64,000 bases of DNA, from the NCBI GenBank assembly GCA_039024555.1, contig JBCCQQ010000007.1, forward strand, positions 1-64,000, written 5' to 3'. The notes below the pieces were generated by a model. It was given only the letters and a program-made list of their open reading frames with translations, ran no database searches and had not been told where the DNA came from. This document shows, piece by piece, positions 19,996 to 28,883 of this stretch; the stretch's first letter is position 1; each line of letters begins with the position of its first letter. This DNA is from Cyanobacteria bacterium P01_D01_bin.156. Lineage in GTDB: Bacteria; Cyanobacteriota; Cyanobacteriia; Phormidesmidales; Phormidesmidaceae. Both the position numbers and the translations under genes were made by a program.

Positions 19996-22900
19996 ATGGT
20001 TCGCCTATTTAATCGTCATCACACAGCTTCCCTACTCATCACATTCATCAGTCCTGTAGCCCTGGTGACGACTGCCCAAGCCCAGTCCATCACCTCAGCA
20101 GATAACGCTACAACCGTTCAGCAAATTGGTGATCAGTATCAAATTGATGGGGGAAATGTATCTGGAGATAGCACCACCCTAATCCACAGCTTTGACCAGT
20201 TTGGTCTACTCACGGGCGAATCGGCTCAGTTTAGCAATGCGGCCACTATCGAAAACATTATTGGCCGCATTACCGGTGGTGATGCCTCCATTATTGATGG
20301 GTTGCTGGCGGTGGATGGCAATGCCAATTTGTATTTGCTCAATCCATCCGGCATATTTTTTGGCGAAAATACCCAGCTCAATCTTGCCGGTTCCTTTTCC
20401 GCATCCACAGCCACGGGTCTTAACTTTGGTGATGAACTACTCGATACGTTAGGAACTAATGACTATGCATCGTTAACCGGTGCCCCCACAGGCTATGAGT
20501 TTGCCACGGAAACCGGTGCGCTAATCAATACAGGCGATTTAGCCGTTACATCAGGGCAGTCCCTCACCCTGCTGGGTGGCCAGGTGATCAACACAGGCCA
20601 GCTATCTAGCGGTGAAGTGTTGGTCATGGCTGTGCCTGGAGAAAACCGGGTACGCCTTAGCCAGTCAGGATCATTGCTAGGTTTGGAACTGGAAACCTTA
20701 CCCAATGCAGCTCCCACAGCTGCCTTTACCGCTTCAACGGTGCCAGCCCTGCTGACTGGGGCTGGTGACTTAGGTATGGCCACAGATATTACTGTGAATG
20801 CTGACGGTAGTGTGAGTTTGTCGGGCTCATCGCTACAGATTCCGATGGAGGAGGGCACAGCTGTTGTTAGCGGTCAGCTAACGACCGATGGTGGCAATGT
20901 TGGTGTATTAGGAGAACAGATTGCCCTGGTGGGTGCTGCGATTGATGCTTCGGGTGATGCTGGCGGTGGCACCGTACTCATTGGTGGTGATGAGCTGGGC
21001 AATGGTAGCGTGCCTAATGCAGAGGCAACTGTTATTGATAAGAATTCTGTTGTTCTTGCTGATGCGAGAGATACGGGCAATGGTGGCAAGATTGTTGCCT
21101 GGGGAACAAACCTGTTGCGATCTGCGGGGCAGCTGTTTGCGCGTGGTGGAGTCAACGGGGGTGATGGTGGTTTTATTGAGACGAGTAGTTTAGGTCAGTT
21201 AGAAGTTAGTGCTACACCCGATGTGTCTGCTGTCAATGGAATCGGTGGGCTATGGCTATTAGATCCTGCTACTATTCGAATTGTTGCTGGTAGTGGTGCC
21301 ACTAACATCAGCAACACAAATCCTTTCATAGTAGGAGGAGATATCACTGATGCGCTGTTGGGTGTGGATTTGATTACAGCTGCTTTACAAGGCGGTAATA
21401 CCGTCGAAATCAGAACCACCGGGACGACGCCTGGTGATGGCAACATTACCCTAGAAACACCTCTCGACTATGACGATATTGATAACAGCTCATTGACTCT
21501 ATCAGCTGCAGGCTCAATTGATATTCAGGCCGATATTATTGATGGCGAAGTTTTAGTATTTGACCCTGTTAGTTCGACTGAAAGTCCCGATGAACAGAAT
21601 CTAACGCTGACATTACTAGCAAACGAACAAATTAATATCAACGGGAATATTGAGACTGGCACAGGAGCTCTTACTATCATATCTGATCAGGGCAACATTG
21701 ATATAACAAGGCGTTTAGTGACAACATCTGGAGATGTCTCTATTAGAGCTCCTGAAGGTAGGGTTACTATATCTAATGTGATTCACACCTCATTAGATCG
21801 CTTTTCAGAAGCTTTTGGTCTTCCCGAAGAACAATTGATTGCTGATACTCCGGGAGGTGACGTAACAGTTTCAGCACGAAGAGCTATTGCAGTTGGTGAT
21901 ATTATCACAAGTTCTAATGGCGATCTGGCAGGAAGTATTTCTCTTGAGTCGCAAATCTCGACTATTCAAACGGGGAAAATTCTCGCAAATATTAGTGACT
22001 CAGTTGATGGGAACATCACAGTTGCGATTAACCATGGTGGTGGTGATTTTCTTCCCTTTAAGGTTGGTGATAATTCGATTAATGGTACTGCAGGTGTAAT
22101 CTCTTTAGGAAATGATATTGTTTTCGAGAATAGGAGCTTTTTAGGATCTTCTGAAACGCCCAATGGAAATACGACCCTCTCATTTGCACCAAACAGTATT
22201 ATCCTTTTTGGGGATGAGACGTCGGAGGGATTGGATCAAGCTACAGAGCTTGCAACGGGAGAAATTATCGGTCGCTTTGATGATCTTAATATATCGATAG
22301 AGAATAGTACTGGCCAAGTATTCGGCCTTATGGGTGATAATTTTCCTGATATATCGATAGATGATATTACTGGCGAAGCATTCTCTGATGGTCAACTTGT
22401 TGCATTCGCTCCTCTTCGTGCAGATGAAAGTGGAGATGCAAGTGTGCTCAATGCGCTAGGTGTAGATTCAAGTGTGTCCAATACGCTACAGCTGCTTCCA
22501 CAAACGGAACCTGAGTTCGTGCGAGTTCTAGAAGAATCAACTGATATCCAAATTGGTGAAGTGCAATTAGGCAGAAGCCTTCTAACAGGTTTAATTTTTC
22601 CTATTAGAGATGTTTTATTGCCGGTCGATACTACTAGTAGCGGATTTGGCCCAGTAGGTCTTTCTATTAATGCAGAAACTGGCTTCGCAACAGCTATAGG
22701 TGAAAACGGTGATCTAGAGGTTGTTGGAAAAGCAACTATGGGTTCTTTAGACTCTATCTTGGAAGATCCTGTTACAGGTGGTCTGGACCTAAGCCTTCTT
22801 GCGGGTTCTGTCATAAATCTGCGACCAGAAGTGGACCTCGTTGAGATACCAGTGATAGATGAACTGACTGGCCAGTCAATCGGTAAGGTGACATTGAATG

Positions 22901-24879
22901 AAAGTCGTATAACCGGGAATGTCTTCAATCCAGTTGGTTCAACAAGTACCTCATTGTTGGTCGATAGAGACTCTGGTGAAGATATAGTAATTGATGCAAC
23001 AACTGGATTGGCGACAACTATAGACAATGGTCAAGAGATTGTTGTTGGAGAAGCAACTATGGATTTGTCCAACTCCATCTTGGTAAATCCTGGGACAAAT
23101 AAAGTAGAACTAAGCGGGCTTGTCGGTAACGATATAGAGTTGGTGGCTGCAACAGTTCCTGTTGAGATCCCAGTTGTAGACTTCTCAACAAATCAAACAC
23201 TTGGTCAAGTGTCTTTATCTCAAAACGGATTGACGGGTGAAATTATTAACTCAGGAGCTTCCCCATTGTCGGGGCAATTAATACTGCCAGAAACAATGCA
23301 GTCCGGAGATATTGAAATTGATCTGGAGACAGGCTCTATTGCTGATTTGTCTGGCAATATTGTTGGACAAGTTCTAGACACCTCACAACTTACTAGCTTG
23401 ACTGCGGATGGAGAACTGGAAATCGCTTTATTATTGCCACCAGCCAATGTGCCGCAAGAAGGAGCGCAGCCCCAAGTACTTGCACCAGAAGAGATAGCAC
23501 TTAGCTGTATTACTGATTGTTATGAACTTGAAACCTCCAGTGATTCTGTGCAATTTTTTGGAGGAGAAATTGATGTTTTGCCAGAACCTGAGTTAGCTTT
23601 TCAATATTTTGAACAGCAGATAACACAAGAAGTTGCTAATTATTTAGGGATAGAGGCAAGTGGTAGTGTCACAGGTGAGATATCCGCTAGCACCGAATCT
23701 TCGACTACCCTAGACTTACCCAAGGCAAAAGCTAGACTTAAGCAAGCGCAAGCGCAAACCGGTAAGCGCCCAGCGCTGATTTATGCTGTATTTGGCAACG
23801 CTGAAGAAGGCCTTGATAATGTTCTGCAAAGTACTGCACCGTTAGATCCGCTAGAGCTTCTACTGGTAACCGCAGATGGAGAGCCTATATATATCCAACT
23901 GCCTGCAAATCGGCGTGACGTTCTCGCACTAGCCCATCGTTTTCGGCGACAGGTAGCATCTCCTAGCCGTGTTGGCACCCAATCATATTTATCGATTGCG
24001 CAAGAGCTATATCAATTGCTCATTGCGCCTCTAGCAGCCGAACTGGCTGCTCAAGAGATCGATACCATTAGCTTTATTACCGATGCTGGGTTAAGGTCGC
24101 TGCCCTTGGCCGCTCTCCATGATGGCGAAAACTTTCTAATCGAAAACTACAATATTGGGTTGATGCCCAGCCTTACTCTCACAGATTTCACCTACAAAGA
24201 TATTCGTGATGTAGACGCGCTGGTGGCGGGCACATCTGTCTTTTCTGATCAGATTCATTTGCCCAGTGTCCCGGTGGAACTAAACGCAATTTCTTCTCAG
24301 TGGCGTAGTGCGTTGATCCAGGGCGATACCTTTAATTTGGAAACCCTTAAGGGAGAGCGGCAAACCAATGGCTACGGGATCTTACATCTAGCTACCCATG
24401 GTGAATTTAACCCAGGGGATTTATCGAAGTCTTATTTACATTTACACAACGACAAACTAGGACTACACGAGCTCCGCACCCTGGGTTTACATAAGCCCGG
24501 AGTAGAGCTAATTACCCTAAGTGCCTGCCAGACCGCATTGGGAAGCCGTACCGCTGAATTAGGCTTTGCAGGCTTTGCTGTATTAACCGGTGCTAAAACA
24601 GCGGTTGCCAGTCTGTGGAACATCAGTGATGACGCCTCAGCCGGGTTAATGATTGAATTTTATCAACAGCTTCAGGGCAGTCAGCCCACTATCAAAGCGG
24701 AGGCCCTACGCCAGGCACAGCTGGCCATGCTGCGCGGACAGATTACTGTTGAAAATGACCAGCTCAAGTTGCCCAGTGGTAATCATTCATTACCGACTGG
24801 CTTAGGAGAAGATGCAGTACAGGACTTTAGCCATCCCTATTACTGGGCTGCATTCAACCTAGTGGGCAGTCCTTGGTAG
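19996..24879 (+). CDS. Secreted filamentous-haemagglutinin (TPS-domain) protein with C-terminal CHAT caspase-like peptidase, paralogue 1
   Basis: Signal peptide ...AQAQ; HSFDQFGL, NIIGRITGG.ASIIDG, NLYLLNPSG; CHAT catalytic motifs HLATHG and LSACQTA; HPYYWAAF. Confidence 0.88.
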   Translation: MVRLFNRHHTASLLITFISPVALVTTAQAQSITSADNATTVQQIGDQYQIDGGNVSGDSTTLIHSFDQFGLLTGESAQFSNAATIENIIGRITGGDASIIDGLLAVDGNANLYLLNPSGIFFGENTQLNLAGSFSASTATGLNFGDELLDTLGTNDYASLTGAPTGYEFATETGALINTGDLAVTSGQSLTLLGGQVINTGQLSSGEVLVMAVPGENRVRLSQSGSLLGLELETLPNAAPTAAFTASTVPALLTGAGDLGMATDITVNADGSVSLSGSSLQIPMEEGTAVVSGQLTTDGGNVGVLGEQIALVGAAIDASGDAGGGTVLIGGDELGNGSVPNAEATVIDKNSVVLADARDTGNGGKIVAWGTNLLRSAGQLFARGGVNGGDGGFIETSSLGQLEVSATPDVSAVNGIGGLWLLDPATIRIVAGSGATNISNTNPFIVGGDITDALLGVDLITAALQGGNTVEIRTTGTTPGDGNITLETPLDYDDIDNSSLTLSAAGSIDIQADIIDGEVLVFDPVSSTESPDEQNLTLTLLANEQININGNIETGTGALTIISDQGNIDITRRLVTTSGDVSIRAPEGRVTISNVIHTSLDRFSEAFGLPEEQLIADTPGGDVTVSARRAIAVGDIITSSNGDLAGSISLESQISTIQTGKILANISDSVDGNITVAINHGGGDFLPFKVGDNSINGTAGVISLGNDIVFENRSFLGSSETPNGNTTLSFAPNSIILFGDETSEGLDQATELATGEIIGRFDDLNISIENSTGQVFGLMGDNFPDISIDDITGEAFSDGQLVAFAPLRADESGDASVLNALGVDSSVSNTLQLLPQTEPEFVRVLEESTDIQIGEVQLGRSLLTGLIFPIRDVLLPVDTTSSGFGPVGLSINAETGFATAIGENGDLEVVGKATMGSLDSILEDPVTGGLDLSLLAGSVINLRPEVDLVEIPVIDELTGQSIGKVTLNESRITGNVFNPVGSTSTSLLVDRDSGEDIVIDATTGLATTIDNGQEIVVGEATMDLSNSILVNPGTNKVELSGLVGNDIELVAATVPVEIPVVDFSTNQTLGQVSLSQNGLTGEIINSGASPLSGQLILPETMQSGDIEIDLETGSIADLSGNIVGQVLDTSQLTSLTADGELEIALLLPPANVPQEGAQPQVLAPEEIALSCITDCYELETSSDSVQFFGGEIDVLPEPELAFQYFEQQITQEVANYLGIEASGSVTGEISASTESSTTLDLPKAKARLKQAQAQTGKRPALIYAVFGNAEEGLDNVLQSTAPLDPLELLLVTADGEPIYIQLPANRRDVLALAHRFRRQVASPSRVGTQSYLSIAQELYQLLIAPLAAELAAQEIDTISFITDAGLRSLPLAALHDGENFLIENYNIGLMPSLTLTDFTYKDIRDVDALVAGTSVFSDQIHLPSVPVELNAISSQWRSALIQGDTFNLETLKGERQTNGYGILHLATHGEFNPGDLSKSYLHLHNDKLGLHELRTLGLHKPGVELITLSACQTALGSRTAELGFAGFAVLTGAKTAVASLWNISDDASAGLMIEFYQQLQGSQPTIKAEALRQAQLAMLRGQITVENDQLKLPSGNHSLPTGLGEDAVQDFSHPYYWAAFNLVGSPW

Positions 24880-25022
24880 TAAGGTCTGAACTGTGTGATT
24901 TCATTCAGGCTGAGCGTTCCTTAATGAAGGAATACAATTCAGAGGTAGGCTATCCCATAGGATTAAACTCTAAGTACCCCAAGCAAAGTACTGAGTTTCA
25001 AACCTAGAGAGATACTGCTCAC

Positions 25023-28000
25023 ATGGTTCGCCTATTCAATCGTCATCACACAGCTGCCCTACTCATCACATTCATCAGTCCTGTAGCCCTGGTGACGACT
25101 GCCCAAGCCCAGTCCATCACCTCAGCAGATAACGCTACAACCGTTCAGCAAATTGGTGATCAGTATCAAATTGATGGGGGAAATGTATCTGGGGATAGCA
25201 CCACCCTAATCCACAGCTTTGACCAGTTTGGCCTACTCACGGGCGAGTCGGCTCAGTTTAGCAATCCAGCCACTATCGAAAATATCATTGGCCGCATCAC
25301 CGGTGGTGATGCCTCGATTATTGATGGGTTGCTGGCGGTGGATGGCAATGCCAATTTGTATTTGCTCAATCCATCCGGCATATTTTTTGGCGAAAATACC
25401 CAGCTCAATCTAGCCGGTTCCTTTTCTGCATCCACCGCCACGGGCCTTAACTTTGGCGATGAGCTACTCGATACGTTAGGTACCAATGACTATGCATCGT
25501 TAACCGGTGCCCCCACAGGCTATGAGTTTGCGACTGAAACCGGTGCCCTAATCAATGCGGGGGATTTGGCGGTTACATCGGGGCAATCCCTCACCCTGTT
25601 GGGTGGCCAGGTGATCAATACAGGCCAGCTATCTGGCGGTGAAGTGTTGGTCATGGCTGTGCCTGGAGAAAACCGGGTACGCCTTAGCCAGTCAGGATCA
25701 TTGCTAGGTTTAGAACTAGAAACCTTACCTAATGCAGCCCCCACAGCTGACTTTACGGCTTCAACTGTGCCTGCTCTACTGACTGGGGCTGGTGATTTGG
25801 GTATGGCTACAGATATTACTGTGAATGCTGACGGTAGTGTGAGTTTGTCGGGCTCATCTCTACAGATTCCGATGGAGGAGGGCACAGCTGTTATTAGCGG
25901 TCAGCTGACGACCGATGGTGGCAATGTTGGTATATTGGGAGAACAGATTGCTCTGGTAGATGCAACACTTGATGCTTCGGGTGATGCTGGCGGTGGCACC
26001 GTACTCATTGGTGGGGATGATCTAGGCAATGGTACAGTGCCTAATGCAGCGGCAACTGTTATTGATGAGAATTCTGTTGTTCTGGCCGATGCGAGAGATG
26101 CGGGTAATGGCGGCAAGATTGTTGCTTGGGGAACAAACCTGTTGCGGTCTGCAGGGCAGTTGTTTGCCAGGGGAGGAGTCAATGGTGGTGATGGTGGTTT
26201 TATTGAGACGAGTAGTTTAGGTCAGTTAGAAGTTAGTGCGACACCAGATGTGTCTGCTGTCAATGGAAGTGGCGGGCTATGGCTATTAGATCCTGCCAAT
26301 ATTCGAATTGTTGCAGGTGATGGCTCAACTAATATTAATAGTACTCCGGGAACAGTAGCTACTTCAGAGGTCATTACTCCAGCTATGCCAGGGATGACGA
26401 TAACAGACCCTATTACAGGTGTGATGACAATTACACCCGGTACTCCAGAGACAATTACTCCGGCGACTCCAGGAACTCCAAGTATTTTTAGCTCAGGTGC
26501 TGCACCACCTGAATCGACATTGGGAGTCGACTTAATTACCGATGCACTGGCTAATGGGACCAATGTCGAAATTATTACAACTGGTGATACCCCTGGCGAT
26601 GGCAATATTATTCTAGAAACTCCGCTTGATTACCATCAGACCGGTAGCAATAGTCTAAGTTTGATTGCAAAAGGTGAGATTCAGATCCTGGCTGATATCT
26701 TTGACAGTGAGTTGACTACTTTTACTGAAACGGTAATGGTTACAACTGGCCCTCCTCTGATAGGCCCTGACGGACTTCCAATTCCTGGCACTGAAACAAC
26801 AACGACAACGACGACGATAACAACAACGGAGTCGTTTGATGATTTGAATCTCACGCTTGAGGCTAATGAGCAAATTACTGTGACGGGCTCTATTAATTCA
26901 GGCGAAGGCGACATTAATATCTCGTCTCTTGAGGGAGATATTAATATCAGCAATAATTTAACCACCTCGGGCGGGGACGTATCTCTTAGCGCACCACAAG
27001 GAGATATTGTTTTTGATTCCATTGACACAGGTAGTAATCTCGCATCTGGCAATGGTGGTGACGTCACTATTGCCGCCATAGAAGGGACTGTTAGGGGCAT
27101 AGGCGGACCTACAACAATCGCAACCGTTGGAGAACTTTCAGATGGAAGCATCACCATTACCCACGGAGGTGGTCTGGACGATACCCCTTTCACAGTTGGT
27201 GATGCATCTGTAAACGGAACAGCGGGCTCGATTATTACCGGAGAAACCACTCTGGAAAATTTATCCTTTCCAGGCAGTGTGGAAATAGGCAATATTCAGA
27301 TTCTAACTCCAGATTCTGAGGTGGCAGAAACAGAAGAAACAACTGAAACTTGCATCACTGACTGTGAGGATGAAGAGCTAACTGAAAATGCTATTCAAGT
27401 TCCCTTAGAAGCCGTCAATGTGTTGCCAGCACCGGAACTGGCTATGCAAACCTTGGAACGACAGTTAACAGAAGAAGTCAGTGATTATTTGGGCCTAGAA
27501 GATAGTGTAGGTTCAACTAACTCAACTGAGCTTGCCAACTTACCCATGGCTCAAAACAGCTTGCGCAAAGTGCAAGGACAAACGGGTAAACGTCCTGCCC
27601 TTATTTATGCCGTATTTGGCTCTGGGGAGACTGCTGACGATGCTGAAAATATTCTTCAACAGTCGATGCCATCAGATAAGTTAGAACTTTTACTAGTTAC
27701 TGGCGACGGCCCGCCTAAGTATATTCAAATGTCAGAAACACGAGCAGAGGTTCTACAACTGGCCCATCGTTTCCGGCGTCAGGTAGCATCCCCGAGTCGT
27801 GTGGGCACTCAATCGTATTTACCGATTGCGCAAGCGCTATATCAATTACTCATCGAGCCCCTAGTAGCAGAACTTAATGCCCAAGAGATCGATACCATTA
27901 GCTTTATTACCGATGCTGGCTTGAGATCATTGCCTTTGGCCGCTCTCCATGATGGCGAAAGCTTTTTAATCGAAAACTACAATATCGGGTTAATGCCCAG

Positions 28001-28709
28001 CCTTAGTCTGACAGATCTCACCTATAAAGACATTCGTGATGTGGGTGCATTGGTAGCGGGCACCTCGGTCTTTCCGGATCAGGTTTCATTACCCAGCGTT
28101 CCAGTGGAACTAAAGGCGATTTCGTCTCGGTGGCGTAGTGCTTTGCTTGAGGGAAATTCCTTTAATCTAGATACTCTAAAAGGTGAGCGCCAGACAGCAT
28201 CTTATGGAATTCTACATCTGGCGACCCATGGTGAATTTAACCCAGGGGATTTATCGAAGTCTTATCTGCATTTACACAATGAAAAGCTAGGGTTAGATCA
28301 GCTACGTACCCTAGGCTTACACAAGCCTGGGGTAGAACTTATTACCCTAAGTGCCTGCCAGACCGCCTTGGGCAGCCGCGCCGCTGAGCTGGGCTTTGCA
28401 GGCTTTGCTATATTGACGGGAGCCAAAACAGCGGTTGCCAGTCTATGGAACATCAGCGATGACGCCTCAGCAGGGTTGATGATTGAATTTTATCAACAGC
28501 TCCAGGAAAGTCAGCCCACCATCAAAGCAGAGGCTCTACGACAGGCTCAGCTAGCCATGTTGCGGGGGAAGATTACTGTCGAAAATGGCCAGCTCAAGTT
28601 GCCCAGTGGTAATCATTCACTACCGGCTGGCTTAGGAAAAGATGCGGCACAGGATTTTAGCCATCCCTATTACTGGGCTGCATTTAACTTGGTAGGCAGC
28701 CCATGGTAA
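25023..28709 (+). CDS. Secreted filamentous-haemagglutinin (TPS-domain) protein with C-terminal CHAT peptidase, paralogue 2
   Basis: The N-terminal ~430 aa and the CHAT domain are nearly identical to 19996-24879, but the central region differs and is shorter. HLATHG and LSACQTA are intact. Confidence 0.88.
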   Translation: MVRLFNRHHTAALLITFISPVALVTTAQAQSITSADNATTVQQIGDQYQIDGGNVSGDSTTLIHSFDQFGLLTGESAQFSNPATIENIIGRITGGDASIIDGLLAVDGNANLYLLNPSGIFFGENTQLNLAGSFSASTATGLNFGDELLDTLGTNDYASLTGAPTGYEFATETGALINAGDLAVTSGQSLTLLGGQVINTGQLSGGEVLVMAVPGENRVRLSQSGSLLGLELETLPNAAPTADFTASTVPALLTGAGDLGMATDITVNADGSVSLSGSSLQIPMEEGTAVISGQLTTDGGNVGILGEQIALVDATLDASGDAGGGTVLIGGDDLGNGTVPNAAATVIDENSVVLADARDAGNGGKIVAWGTNLLRSAGQLFARGGVNGGDGGFIETSSLGQLEVSATPDVSAVNGSGGLWLLDPANIRIVAGDGSTNINSTPGTVATSEVITPAMPGMTITDPITGVMTITPGTPETITPATPGTPSIFSSGAAPPESTLGVDLITDALANGTNVEIITTGDTPGDGNIILETPLDYHQTGSNSLSLIAKGEIQILADIFDSELTTFTETVMVTTGPPLIGPDGLPIPGTETTTTTTTITTTESFDDLNLTLEANEQITVTGSINSGEGDINISSLEGDINISNNLTTSGGDVSLSAPQGDIVFDSIDTGSNLASGNGGDVTIAAIEGTVRGIGGPTTIATVGELSDGSITITHGGGLDDTPFTVGDASVNGTAGSIITGETTLENLSFPGSVEIGNIQILTPDSEVAETEETTETCITDCEDEELTENAIQVPLEAVNVLPAPELAMQTLERQLTEEVSDYLGLEDSVGSTNSTELANLPMAQNSLRKVQGQTGKRPALIYAVFGSGETADDAENILQQSMPSDKLELLLVTGDGPPKYIQMSETRAEVLQLAHRFRRQVASPSRVGTQSYLPIAQALYQLLIEPLVAELNAQEIDTISFITDAGLRSLPLAALHDGESFLIENYNIGLMPSLSLTDLTYKDIRDVGALVAGTSVFPDQVSLPSVPVELKAISSRWRSALLEGNSFNLDTLKGERQTASYGILHLATHGEFNPGDLSKSYLHLHNEKLGLDQLRTLGLHKPGVELITLSACQTALGSRAAELGFAGFAILTGAKTAVASLWNISDDASAGLMIEFYQQLQESQPTIKAEALRQAQLAMLRGKITVENGQLKLPSGNHSLPAGLGKDAAQDFSHPYYWAAFNLVGSPW

Positions 28710-28720
28710 GGATGCTAAGT

Positions 28721-28883
28721 TAAGCCGAGAAATTTTGGCTATGGACGAATTTGGAGTTTTGAATCCGGAGTTCAAAAAGGTAGGATATTCCAAATTCAAG
28801 ACTCTGAAGACCTTGGGAAATCATTCTGCTCTGTGGTCGGTGGGTGGTCGTCCGGCGCAAGCCATGACAATTTTCTAGGCTCA
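28721..28883. repeat. ~160 bp dispersed structured repeat (MITE-like), family B, copy 1
   Basis: Starts taagccgagaaattttggct and ends aattttctaggctca (imperfect inverted ends); aligns by eye with 48171-48312. Confidence 0.65.

Noticed and set aside
20192..27292. Many antisense and alternate-frame ORFs inside the haemagglutinin-CHAT genes (also in carB, the MCP and the TIR gene)
   Set aside because: Shadow ORFs from codon bias; they recur only because the host genes are duplicated
19704..28709. Diversity-generating retroelement (three similar CHAT 3' ends as TR/VR)
   Set aside because: No reverse transcriptase in the window, and the differences between copies are mostly synonymous and not adenine-specific
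19996..28709. Complete two-partner secretion / CDI system
   Set aside because: No ShlB/FhaC transporter and no small immunity ORF next to either gene in this window
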